Made by a program: the position numbers and the translations under genes. Below are positions 9,665-19,204 of a DNA stretch of 64,000 nt, in pieces. Each line of letters opens with the position of its first letter. Within the stretch, counting starts at the first letter, position 1. Source of the stretch: Candidatus Latescibacterota bacterium (lineage in GTDB: Bacteria > Latescibacterota > UBA2968 > UBA8231); assembly GCA_965248265.1 (NCBI GenBank), contig CBDFJF010000002.1:2592001-2656000 (forward strand), given 5' to 3'. The notes under the pieces are model-generated. The model was not told the DNA's origin, did not search any database, and saw nothing but the letters and a program-made list of their open reading frames with translations.

Positions 9665-10888
9665 TTGCGAGACCTGTCAGTGTCTGACCGCTTGCGCGTG
9701 GCGGCGATCTGCACCGTTTACTACGCCGCCTCTCATGCAGACGCTATCGTTACCAAATTCCTCAAGGGGATGTCTACGGACGAGGGTCTGTTCGCACCCG
9801 AGGTCGATATCGTTTCTCTCTACATCGATCACGTACTGGAAAACGACATCGGTATCGAGTTGGCGAAGCAGCATGGCGTACCGGTCCACCCGAGTATTCG
9901 CCGTGCCCTGACGCAAGGCGGCAGTACACTCGATGTGGACGCGGTTCTGCTAATCGGCGAGCACGGTGACTACCCGTGGAACGAGCGTGGACGCATCGTC
10001 TACCCACGTCGCTACTTCTTCGAGCAAATCGCCGGCGAGTTCGGCCACAGTGGCCGCTCTGTACCGGTGTTCAATGACAAGCATTTTGCCTATGACTTCA
10101 CCGACGCCCGGTGGATGTGGGATCGAGCACAGGAACTCGACATTCCGCTGATGGCCGGCTCCTGCCTGCCTCTCGCCTGGCGCAACCCCTGGCTCGAGCA
10201 CGAGACCGGGACCCGGATCGAAGATGCCCTGGCGATCGGCTACGGCAAGGTCGAGGCTTACGGTTACCACACCCTGGAAACGCTCCAGTGCATGATCGAG
10301 CGCCGGACCGGTGGCGAGAGCGGCGTACGCTCGGTGCACTGCATCGAGGGAGATGAGGTGTGGGTGGCTGCCGACAAGGGCTTGTGGCCGATGGATCTGG
10401 CCGAGGCTGCCTGCTCGGCGATCGAAAGCAAACCAGAGGGACGGATGCAGGAACACGCTTCCATCCCACGGTTGTTCTTGATGGAGCACATGGATGGCTT
10501 GCGGACGGCGGCGCTACTGCTTCACGGCTACGTCAACGACTGGGCCTACGCGGCTCGCGTCGGGGGCAGGATCGAAGCAACGGAGTTCTTCCTCCAGCCA
10601 AATGGTCCGGGGGCGAATTTCGGCTACTTGTGTCGCAACATTCAGCGGTTCTTTCAGACCGGCGTGGCACCCTATCCTCCGGAGCGCACCCTGCTCACCA
10701 CCGGAGTAATCGACGCGGTCATGAACTCGAGACACGAGGGTCACAAGGTCATCGACACTCCCTACCTGAATATCGTCTACGAACCATATGAAAGTGAGCC
10801 GCTTCGGCCTCGTGAGTCGAGACCGCACGGAGGCAGCGTCGACCGGAATGCTCCGGACGTTCTGCTGCCGTGGGATCGAACCAACTAG
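9665..10888 (+). CDS. Conserved hypothetical protein, probable Gfo/Idh/MocA-like oxidoreductase fold
   Basis: 407 aa ORF with SHADAI, DAVLLIGEHGDYP, PVFNDKH, MAGS, YGYHTLE, PPERTLLTTG. The fold call is inference. Confidence 0.7.
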   Translation: MRDLSVSDRLRVAAICTVYYAASHADAIVTKFLKGMSTDEGLFAPEVDIVSLYIDHVLENDIGIELAKQHGVPVHPSIRRALTQGGSTLDVDAVLLIGEHGDYPWNERGRIVYPRRYFFEQIAGEFGHSGRSVPVFNDKHFAYDFTDARWMWDRAQELDIPLMAGSCLPLAWRNPWLEHETGTRIEDALAIGYGKVEAYGYHTLETLQCMIERRTGGESGVRSVHCIEGDEVWVAADKGLWPMDLAEAACSAIESKPEGRMQEHASIPRLFLMEHMDGLRTAALLLHGYVNDWAYAARVGGRIEATEFFLQPNGPGANFGYLCRNIQRFFQTGVAPYPPERTLLTTGVIDAVMNSRHEGHKVIDTPYLNIVYEPYESEPLRPRESRPHGGSVDRNAPDVLLPWDRTN

Positions 10889-11147
10889 AGGTTGACACCC
10901 CATTGAGTTCGAGGCGACGGTTGGTCTGTCTTATCTAGCACTACCCTTGCGCACTTCAACGAATCGACTGCCAAGGAATCACCCGGTCTATGGGCACCCG
11001 ATGGTGAGCTGGGCAGCTATCGAACGTTGAGCACAGAACAACCCCAGTTGTCGCCGACCTGCCAGATCAGTTGATGATCCGCTGGCGAGACAAGAGGATG
11101 CGCATCCTGCACGGGCATCGGAATCCAACGAACACGGAGCGTGTGTC

Positions 11148-11336
11148 GTGGCGCTCTACAACAGATCAACTGATGAATATCTTCCCCACGACTCGCAGGT
11201 AGATCTGACAGTGATCGGACACACGCACTATCCATTCGCTCGTAAACAAGGTGGCTCCTGGGTGGCCAGCAAGGTCTGGATAACGCAGGCGTTTCGATGC
11301 CCAGTTGATGAGCCGGATCGTATCATGAAAGCGTGA
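11148..11336 (+). pseudogene. Metallophosphoesterase fragment
   Basis: Short frame containing DLTVIGHTHYPF (GHTH motif) with no recognisable N-terminal motifs. Confidence 0.4.
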
Positions 11337-11390
11337 ACTGGGTTGAGCTATCTGCGGTGGTGGCGACTTCGGTGCGTAGATTGACTCAAC

Positions 11391-12194
11391 TCAAGAATCC
11401 TGCAGCTGGGTGATGGGACCAGTATTCCCGAAACCCAACGCGATGGCCCTGTCGAGTATGTCCTCGCGGCGAGGACCGGCCGTGCGTATCAGTCGATCGC
11501 TGTAGAATCGCCCCCAGGCCTTGGTCTCGCTCGCCAGGAATCTTACCAACCAATCGAAGTGCGCCTGGTTTTTCTCCGGCGTTGTATTTTGGGCGACGTT
11601 GATGTGGATCGCCCTGCGCCCGGGATTGTCACTCAGGGCGGCGTGGTGAAGTTTGTGGTTCATGAAGAGGACATCATCGGGTTGGTTTACGAGCGGGTAC
11701 TGGCCCGGCAGGTAATCTGGTGCTGCGTCCCACTGGTCCTTGTGGGCGACCAGATGATCGCGAAACTCCTGGCAGTGACTCCCGGGAATAACCGTGAGGC
11801 ACCCGTCCTCGGGGCCGAGTGGGTCCAGGTAGATCGCGGCTCTCATGGTGGAAAAGCCCTCAGGGGCGTAGGCGTCATGGTGCCAGGGGGATCCGCCGGT
11901 GTGGATGATGCCCTCGCTGACGGTGAGGATGAAATCCTCCCCGAGAGCCTGCGCGAAGGGTTGCAGTATCCGCTCATCGTCGAGGAGAGGGTAAAGGGCC
12001 TCTGGATCGTAGTCGAAGAAGGGTATGACCTGCTGCCTTTTCTCCCCTGGTCCCGGTGCGGGAGCTCCGTCCCGTGCTCTTCCCATGGCGCGGTCAAAAG
12101 CCGTTGAAAGGCGTCCCATCTCCGCGGCTGACAGGAGTTGCTTGCCGAGGAAGAAGCCAAAGGTGCGGAAGTAGCTGATCTGCTCTGGAGTCAT
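11391..12194 (-). CDS. PhyH family dioxygenase
   Basis: Start MTPEQISYFRTFGF (ATG 12194), WHHD, YLDPL..EDGCLTVIPGSH, KLHH. Confidence 0.88.
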   Translation of the reverse strand: MTPEQISYFRTFGFFLGKQLLSAAEMGRLSTAFDRAMGRARDGAPAPGPGEKRQQVIPFFDYDPEALYPLLDDERILQPFAQALGEDFILTVSEGIIHTGGSPWHHDAYAPEGFSTMRAAIYLDPLGPEDGCLTVIPGSHCQEFRDHLVAHKDQWDAAPDYLPGQYPLVNQPDDVLFMNHKLHHAALSDNPGRRAIHINVAQNTTPEKNQAHFDWLVRFLASETKAWGRFYSDRLIRTAGPRREDILDRAIALGFGNTGPITQLQDS

Positions 12195-12416
12195 GTACTT
12201 GAGAAGCCCTTTCGTGCCGGAACACTGCAACCCGATGGGTGTTCTGTCAAGCGGTGGCCAGGCCTGGCGGTTACTGGTGAAAACCACCAATGTCAACGAG
12301 ATTATCGCCGGCGGACCCGGTGCTGCACACCCACCACTAGTCGACCAGCGTCCGCGGCGCCACGAACTCACCTGACGCATCCTTGTCCATCCTCATTCCC
12401 CACACGTACAGAAGAT

Positions 12417-13145
12417 TCAGGCCCATGCCGGCATAGAGCTCACAGTCTGCCTGCGCCCGATCCAATCCGGGCACGACGACGTGGGCGCTCTTGACCTTCT
12501 GTCCGCATAGAGACGCGCATCGTAGGAGTAGGTATTGTGGCAGAAAACGCATCGCTGGGTGTAAAATTGCTCCGGTTCAGGCTCAAATGGATGATAGTGA
12601 GCGGTGCCATCCTTTTCGTATTCTGGAACGTGTTCAGGGTTGAAATAGAATTGCGGAAGCCACTGCCCTTGCCCAAACAGATAGCCGAACTGCAGGTATG
12701 ACTCTGACGTGTACAGAGGATCGTCCGGGGGTTCTGGTCCCTCGATCTGTATACCGAGGTATTCTTGCTGGTGGCGCCAACCAATGGTTCGTGTAATCCG
12801 AAAGGTGCGGATCCGTTTCTCGCCTTGATAGTACTCCATCAGGAAAGCGCCATCTCGCTTCAGGAACACAACCCGGCCGTCTCCATAGGAAAGACTCGTG
12901 CCGGAAAAGTCGCCCACGACCGTTTTGTCGGTGGCCAGCTGGTTTATTCGACTGTGCGGATGCGTCGTCCAGTCCGCGTAGTTTTCTTGGTGACACTCAC
13001 CGCATGCTTCCGGACCTATGTAGTCTTCCTGGCGAATGTTGCTGTACTGGTCATGTTCCGCGGGAGAGGAAATTCTCTGGGCCGCGACGTCATTGTTGCC
13101 CAATAGGGCAACCGCAACCAACAAGACAGATTTCGTGAATCGCAT
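12417..13145 (-). pseudogene. Multiheme c-type cytochrome, C-terminally truncated
   Basis: Signal peptide, YIGPEACGECH (CxxCH), HPHS and CVFCH. Sequence loses cytochrome character after about 12500. Confidence 0.7.
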
Positions 13146-13308
13146 TCCGTTTCCTCATACCAAGTACTCGTGATTCATATGACGGTCAATCTAAAAATAA
13201 ATAGAAACGGTTGGTAAGTGTGGTGCGCTGTCGGACCACCGGGCACAAGCGCATATTGTGGTACAGTGACTACGATTATGATACTTTCACACCGCCATAA
13301 AGCGATAC

Positions 13309-15678
13309 GTGCTTGGGGCGTTGCTTTCGCGGCTCTCATCCTGTGCATCTGGTATTCCCAGCGTCAATGCCCACGGTCAAGTCACGGGTTCTGAATCCCA
13401 AGCCATCGGGACCGTGGCCGGACGGGTCATCGACAAGGACACGGGGAAGTCCCTGGCTGCTGCCGTGGTCTCCATTCCGGGCACCGGGATAGGGACATGG
13501 GCAGACGAGACGGGTGGGTTCAGGATCGAGGGGTTGGCAGCAGGTAAGTACACCCTTGAATGCAGTCGCATCGGGTACGACACCGCCAGCGTTCAGGTCG
13601 TCGTCGAGATTTCGGGCGTCGCCGACGTCGAAATCGCCCTCGCTGAGGAGGCAATCAAGCTGAGCGCGATCAGAGTGACTCCAAGCCGTTTCGCCATCAT
13701 GGGAGACGAACCCCACGCCCGTCAAGCGCTCACCGAGGAGGAGATCCAGTCGATTCCGCAAATGGGCGAGGATATCTACCGTGCCGTCGCCCGCTTGCCG
13801 GGGATCTCCGCCAATGACTTTTCGGCCAAGTTCACGGTCCGCGGCGGCGAGCACGAGGAAGTGCTGGTGCTGCTGGACGGAATCGAACTCTATGATGCCT
13901 TCCACTTGAAAGACATCAACGGTGGCGCTCTGAGCATCGTCGATGCGGAGGCGATTCAGGGGATCGACCTGCTGACCGGCGGTTTTCCTGCCCAGTACGG
14001 TGACCGCACGAGTGGCGTTTTCAACATCGATTCGCGGACGCCGCGGACAGGTCGGGTCAGACATTCAGTCGGCATCAGCATGATGAACGCCCGCTTGATG
14101 TCAGAGGGCACCTTCGAGAGGGGATCCTGGCTGCTCTCCGCGCGCCGCGGTTACCTCGACCTGGTGCTGGCGTTAATGAACGAGGAAGAAGATCTCAGTC
14201 CGAAGTACTACGATGTGCTGGGCAAGGTGGAGTACGAGCTGTCGCCGGATCACAGGCTTTCTGCCCATCTGCTGCATGCTGACGATGACCTGTCCCTGCT
14301 GGAAGGTGACAAGGACGACAGCAAGACCGGGTACGGGAATTCCTACGTCTGGTTGAATCTGAAGTCTGCTTTTGGGCCTCGGTTGTCCGCGCGTACGACA
14401 CTGTCCCTTGGCAGAGTGACGGCTGATCGAAACGGAATCGGTTTTGAGGGCGATGAGGGCGTGGTGCCTGATTTCACCGTAACCGAGAATCGCCGCCTGA
14501 CCGTTGCCGGTCTGAAGCAAGACTGGCGCTACGAGGCGACCCGACGTCACTACCTCAAGTGGGGGGTAGATCTGAAGCGTTTTAGAGCCATGTACGACTA
14601 TCTAAGCGCCGACACCTGGTACAGTCGCCCCGCACCTGACAGTTTGATTACCGGCATCGATTCAACCGTGATCGGCTTGCAGCCTTCGGCTAACCGGGTC
14701 GGGTTGTACGTCGCCGATCGATTTCGCGTCCTCGCTCCGCTGGCCGTTGAAGCCGGCCTGCGCTACGACGCGGCACCCTATGCCGACGACCAGCTCATCA
14801 GTCCACGTATCAACTTCGTCTACAATCTAGGCAAACGAACTTCGCTGCGTGGTGGTTGGGGACTCTACCGGCAAAGTCAGGGAATCCACGAGATCAGGGT
14901 CGATGAGGGCGAGCGGGAATTCCTGCCGGCGGAGAAGGCAACGCATTGGGTCCTCGGCCTTGAGCACTATTTCGACAATGCAATCATTCTGCGTGCTGAG
15001 GGTTATCGCAAGCGCCTCGATGACCGGCATCCATCCTACCGGAATTGGCGCAACGACATCGAACTGTTTCCGGAAATGCTGTCGGACCGCTTCCGTGTCG
15101 ACATCAGCGAGACATCTGCTAAAGGGATTGAACTGTATCTGAAGAGCGAGAGCGAACGCAGGCTGACCTGGTGGGTGAGTTATGCGCTGGCCCAGGTCGA
15201 AGACCGAGTGCAGGGCTTAGCCGTGGGCCCGGACGAACTACCCCTTGCGGACACCCTACCTGGGGTCAACGATCAGCGTCACACGCTGTACGCGGACCTC
15301 AATTACCGGCCCAGTCAGCGCTGGCATCTCAGCATGGCGTGGCAGTACCGCTCGGGTTGGCCCTTTACCGAAGAGGTTCTGCGCCAAGGTGCTTTTGAGA
15401 ACGGCACGACCTACCTGTACGTCACCGCAGGCGAACCACATGGAGCGCGCTACCCTGCATTTCACCGCGCCGACCTGAGGTTGAGCCGCCACTTCGAGAT
15501 TGCCGGAGGACGTCTATCGACCTTCCTGGAGATGATCAACCTCTACAATCACGGCAACGTGCGCCGATACAACTATATCTGGCGCCGCGATGACACCGGG
15601 CAGTTGCGTCCGAACAGGGAAGCCGAATACTGGTTCAGGCTGTTGCCATCGATCGGGGTCAGCTGGAGCTGGGACTAA
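13309..15678 (+). CDS. TonB-dependent receptor with N-terminal carboxypeptidase-regulatory-like domain
   Basis: VAGRVID...SRIGY N-domain, plug RLPG...VRGG...LLDG...TGGFPAQYGDRTSGV, NLYN, C-terminal aromatic (SWSWD). Confidence 0.9.
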   Translation: MLGALLSRLSSCASGIPSVNAHGQVTGSESQAIGTVAGRVIDKDTGKSLAAAVVSIPGTGIGTWADETGGFRIEGLAAGKYTLECSRIGYDTASVQVVVEISGVADVEIALAEEAIKLSAIRVTPSRFAIMGDEPHARQALTEEEIQSIPQMGEDIYRAVARLPGISANDFSAKFTVRGGEHEEVLVLLDGIELYDAFHLKDINGGALSIVDAEAIQGIDLLTGGFPAQYGDRTSGVFNIDSRTPRTGRVRHSVGISMMNARLMSEGTFERGSWLLSARRGYLDLVLALMNEEEDLSPKYYDVLGKVEYELSPDHRLSAHLLHADDDLSLLEGDKDDSKTGYGNSYVWLNLKSAFGPRLSARTTLSLGRVTADRNGIGFEGDEGVVPDFTVTENRRLTVAGLKQDWRYEATRRHYLKWGVDLKRFRAMYDYLSADTWYSRPAPDSLITGIDSTVIGLQPSANRVGLYVADRFRVLAPLAVEAGLRYDAAPYADDQLISPRINFVYNLGKRTSLRGGWGLYRQSQGIHEIRVDEGEREFLPAEKATHWVLGLEHYFDNAIILRAEGYRKRLDDRHPSYRNWRNDIELFPEMLSDRFRVDISETSAKGIELYLKSESERRLTWWVSYALAQVEDRVQGLAVGPDELPLADTLPGVNDQRHTLYADLNYRPSQRWHLSMAWQYRSGWPFTEEVLRQGAFENGTTYLYVTAGEPHGARYPAFHRADLRLSRHFEIAGGRLSTFLEMINLYNHGNVRRYNYIWRRDDTGQLRPNREAEYWFRLLPSIGVSWSWD

Positions 15679-15698
15679 ACGGCCTTCGCTTGGACCCT

Positions 15699-16559
15699 CT
15701 ATTTCGGTACCAGATCGTCGCCAGACAGCGTGGTGCGATGCATGACGCGGCGATGGTTCCAGCCGTCCCAGGGTCGCCCGCGATGCAGGCAGCTGACGTT
15801 GTCCCACATGACGAGATCGTGCAGTTGCCATTTGTGGCGGTAGACGAACTGCGGCTGCGTGGCCCATTCGAGCAGCTCGCGCAGCAGGGCTCTGCCCTCT
15901 TCGACAGGCCAGTCGATGATGTGGGTGGCGTAGGCACCGACGAGCAGCACTTTTTCCCCCGTCTCGGGAATCGTCCGCACCAGTGGATGGGGAGTGGGCG
16001 GTGTGTTCCTCAGAAATTCATCTTCCATAAGATCAGGGGCGATCTGGGCGCGTGAGTGCGCGAGGCTGTGCTCGGCCACAAGGTCCTCGATGAGCGACTT
16101 TCGTGCCTTGGGGAGGCTGGCGTACGCAGCGCGCAGACTGGCGTATTCCGTCTCTCCACCTTCGGGCGGCACCTCCTTCGCCGAGAGCAGAGACCCGCGT
16201 AGTGGCACCTGCCGGAAGGCGCCGTCAGAGTGCCACATGTGGTTGCCCTTCTGGTACAACATGCGCTTGTCGTCGGGCGGGATGAGGTCGCCGCCGTCGT
16301 CGACGTTGCAGATCACGCCGATGGGACCGCCATCGCCGACGGGGTCATTGGGAATCGTCATTTCGAGAGGACCGAACCCCTCGCTGAAGGCGATGTGCTG
16401 TTCGTCCGAAATTTCCTGGTCCTGGAAAACGAGAACGGAATGTGAGTGAAACGCCCGTCGGAGCAGCGACAGGGTCTCCTCGTCGATGGGGGAGGAGATA
16501 TCTATACCGCTGACCAAGGCGCCGATGTTTTCCCCAAGCTTTTCGATGGTTGCTGGCAT
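15699..16559 (-). CDS. TauD/TfdA family 2OG-dependent dioxygenase
   Basis: WHSD, GGETEYA, HPLVR, WDN...HRG, RVMHRTT. Confidence 0.92.
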   Translation of the reverse strand: MPATIEKLGENIGALVSGIDISSPIDEETLSLLRRAFHSHSVLVFQDQEISDEQHIAFSEGFGPLEMTIPNDPVGDGGPIGVICNVDDGGDLIPPDDKRMLYQKGNHMWHSDGAFRQVPLRGSLLSAKEVPPEGGETEYASLRAAYASLPKARKSLIEDLVAEHSLAHSRAQIAPDLMEDEFLRNTPPTPHPLVRTIPETGEKVLLVGAYATHIIDWPVEEGRALLRELLEWATQPQFVYRHKWQLHDLVMWDNVSCLHRGRPWDGWNHRRVMHRTTLSGDDLVPK

Positions 16560-16766
16560 GATTCAATCCTCCGATGACACCTCTTCTACCCAGATCGGCT
16601 TTGTCTGTCAAGGGGGGCCAGTACCATAGGGAGCTGACCTCGGGTCGCCTTTACCGTGAGAGGCTTTGTAAACACCTTCGTATACCGTGATGCGTCTCCG
16701 GGATGAGGGAGGGTACCCAGCACTGAGCAAGTACAGTGATTTGCGGAATCAATATTGGAGTCAACG

Positions 16767-18242
16767 ATGAAAGATGTAATCTGTTTAGGCACTCGCCGGG
16801 AGTTATTCGTCGATCATCATGTAATCGACGGCATGGACGGAACCAGCCTCAAGCTGCACAACCCCGTTCCCGCCGGCGTAGCCATCAATTACGATGAGCC
16901 ATGGGAGAAAGGTGAGAAAGGTTCGTCAGCCTTCTTCACTACCATTTTCCAAGACGGTAAAACCTACCGCATGTATTACAGAGGTCACTCCAATGCTTGC
17001 TATGCAGAGAGTGATGACGGGGTCGACTGGTTCAAGCCGAAGCTTGGATTGGTAGAAGCAGATGGTTCCGATCAGAATAACATCATTCTGGGAGTCTGCC
17101 AGAATTCGCTCTCTCCCTTCTTGGACACCAAAGCTGGCGTACCATCAGCACAACGATACAAAGCAACCATGGAGTGTGATTCTTCTTCCCTGGATACTTC
17201 CAGGATGGGCTTGAATCTCTACTCGTCGAGCGATGGCAAAGAATTCATGCATTTTGGCGGTGACCGTGCGATACCATGGACGAGGGCGAATCACTTTGAC
17301 TCTCAGAATGTGGTATTTTGGTCCGAAGTCGAGTCACAGTATGTGATGTACGCAAGATACATGGTATCAATCGACGGAACGCTCATAGACGCTGATGAGT
17401 ATTCGAGTCTCTTGCATGACGATTTAGAAGCTCTGATAGCAAGGGATCGAGCCAAGGGCACCTACATCAGATCTACCGCAAGAGCCACTTCATCTGATTT
17501 TTTGGATTGGTCAGAGTTTACTCCTATGGAGTTCAGCGACACCGACTCGATCACGCCATCCGCGCAGCTCTATACCAATCAAACGATTCCATACTTCAGG
17601 GCCAATCACATATATATATCGCTACCCGGCAGGATATTTTTCGGAAAATTAGAGCAAAAAAGCTCACATGAGCCCTCTCACGAGGAGTCCAGCGGTGATT
17701 GCTCTGACGGAGTCATGATGACAACCAGGGCAGGCAGTCACAGATACGATTTTACGTTCAGGGAGAGTTTGCTGAGACCTGGGACTGGGGATGAGAATTG
17801 GACCACCAGGAACAACTATCCTGCTCATGGGATTATTAAGACCGGCGAATCGGAAATGTCCATATTTGTGCAGCGTCACTACTCACAGCCTACAGCTCAT
17901 CTGGAGAGAATGACACTGCGATTGGACGGGTTCGCATCCTTGAATGCACTGTATGAAGAGGGACAGATGACCACAAAGCCTGTCAATTTTTCTGGCAGCA
18001 GGTTGGAGTTGAATTATTCTACAAGCGCTGCTGGCAGCGTACGCGTGGGGTTGTCAGATGTTGATGGTAACCCGATAGACGGGTTCGGAACAGGCGATTG
18101 TGATGAGTTGATCGGAGATGAAATATCTCGGTTTGTTTCTTGGAAAGGATCTATGGATGTATCCGGGATTACTGGTCAGACAGTCAGGATGAGGCTGGTG
18201 ATGAATGACGCCGATGTTTTTTCTTTTAGATTCGCCGATTGA
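16767..18242 (+). CDS. Hypothetical glycoside-hydrolase-like beta-propeller protein
   Basis: RELFVD, YRMYYRG, YAESDDG..W.KP.LG, FDSQN, SSDFLDW, LRLDGFAS. GGAG RBS before ATG 16767. Visibly lower GC than its neighbours. Confidence 0.7.
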   Translation: MKDVICLGTRRELFVDHHVIDGMDGTSLKLHNPVPAGVAINYDEPWEKGEKGSSAFFTTIFQDGKTYRMYYRGHSNACYAESDDGVDWFKPKLGLVEADGSDQNNIILGVCQNSLSPFLDTKAGVPSAQRYKATMECDSSSLDTSRMGLNLYSSSDGKEFMHFGGDRAIPWTRANHFDSQNVVFWSEVESQYVMYARYMVSIDGTLIDADEYSSLLHDDLEALIARDRAKGTYIRSTARATSSDFLDWSEFTPMEFSDTDSITPSAQLYTNQTIPYFRANHIYISLPGRIFFGKLEQKSSHEPSHEESSGDCSDGVMMTTRAGSHRYDFTFRESLLRPGTGDENWTTRNNYPAHGIIKTGESEMSIFVQRHYSQPTAHLERMTLRLDGFASLNALYEEGQMTTKPVNFSGSRLELNYSTSAAGSVRVGLSDVDGNPIDGFGTGDCDELIGDEISRFVSWKGSMDVSGITGQTVRMRLVMNDADVFSFRFAD

Positions 18243-18245
18243 ACA

Positions 18246-19169
18246 TCAGCCCAGATACTGCTTGGGAAACTTCGCCACCATCGTAAACTTCGGGTCCACC
18301 ATATTCCCAAGACGCATCTGTCCGACCTGCCCCAGTAGATGATAGGCCCTCATGCGGTCGAAACCGTAATCGACAGCCAGCCAGTCGATCAACTCGACCC
18401 AGGCAATCCGAGCCGCCGCATCCAGAGGGCGCCCGCTTCCGGCCACCATCAGGAAGTCCTCGCTGACGATTCGGGGCCACTGGATGGTGTACCCCTTTTT
18501 CAATTCGAAGGTCAGCGTCACCTTCGCGGGAATCTCGAGGGCAACGCCCGTCACCTCGCCGTCCCCCTGACTGGCGTGCGCATCACCGGTGAAAAAATGC
18601 GCGCCTTCAACCAGCACGGGAAACCAGACTTCGTTTCCAGGGCGAGTCTCGACGCAGTCCATATTGCCGCCGTAGTAGTCCGGCGTCAGCGCATTCACCG
18701 CCTCAATTTCGGGCGCCACCCCCATCGTTCCCATGAAGGGCTCGTAGGGGATCAAGCGTTTTTCATCAAACCGAACACCGCCTTCTTCGAGTGGCAAGAA
18801 TAACCACTGTTCCTCCAGTGCATCCTGGAGGTTCGGATCGGGTCTCGTCGACGTCAATCCCCCGAAATAGGGTATCGTACCGGTCACGGCGTGGTCCCGC
18901 GTGGGTTCGATGTCGTGAACGTGGACGACCAGCGTATCTCCCGGCCGTGCGCCTTCCACGACAATCGGGCCCGTCTGCGGATTCAAGAACGGATAGGTGC
19001 ACACATCCGCAAACTCATTGACTTCAGGTGTCATCTTGTTTTCAAACGCATCAACCGTTTGGATACAAACCGTCTCTCCTGCCTTCACCTGCGCGATGGG
19101 CTTGTGAAAGGGAGAATAGGTATAGCAGTAGGGTCCTTCCTGACGAATTTCACGAGTTATGGAACCCAT
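18246..19169 (-). CDS. Acetamidase/formamidase family protein
   Basis: NPQTGPIVVEGARPGD, GGNMD, GDAHASQGDGE. Confidence 0.92.
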   Translation of the reverse strand: MGSITREIRQEGPYCYTYSPFHKPIAQVKAGETVCIQTVDAFENKMTPEVNEFADVCTYPFLNPQTGPIVVEGARPGDTLVVHVHDIEPTRDHAVTGTIPYFGGLTSTRPDPNLQDALEEQWLFLPLEEGGVRFDEKRLIPYEPFMGTMGVAPEIEAVNALTPDYYGGNMDCVETRPGNEVWFPVLVEGAHFFTGDAHASQGDGEVTGVALEIPAKVTLTFELKKGYTIQWPRIVSEDFLMVAGSGRPLDAAARIAWVELIDWLAVDYGFDRMRAYHLLGQVGQMRLGNMVDPKFTMVAKFPKQYLG

Positions 19170-19204
19170 AATGCGGACCTGGGGACGGTGCGGGCCGTCC
19201 AGCT

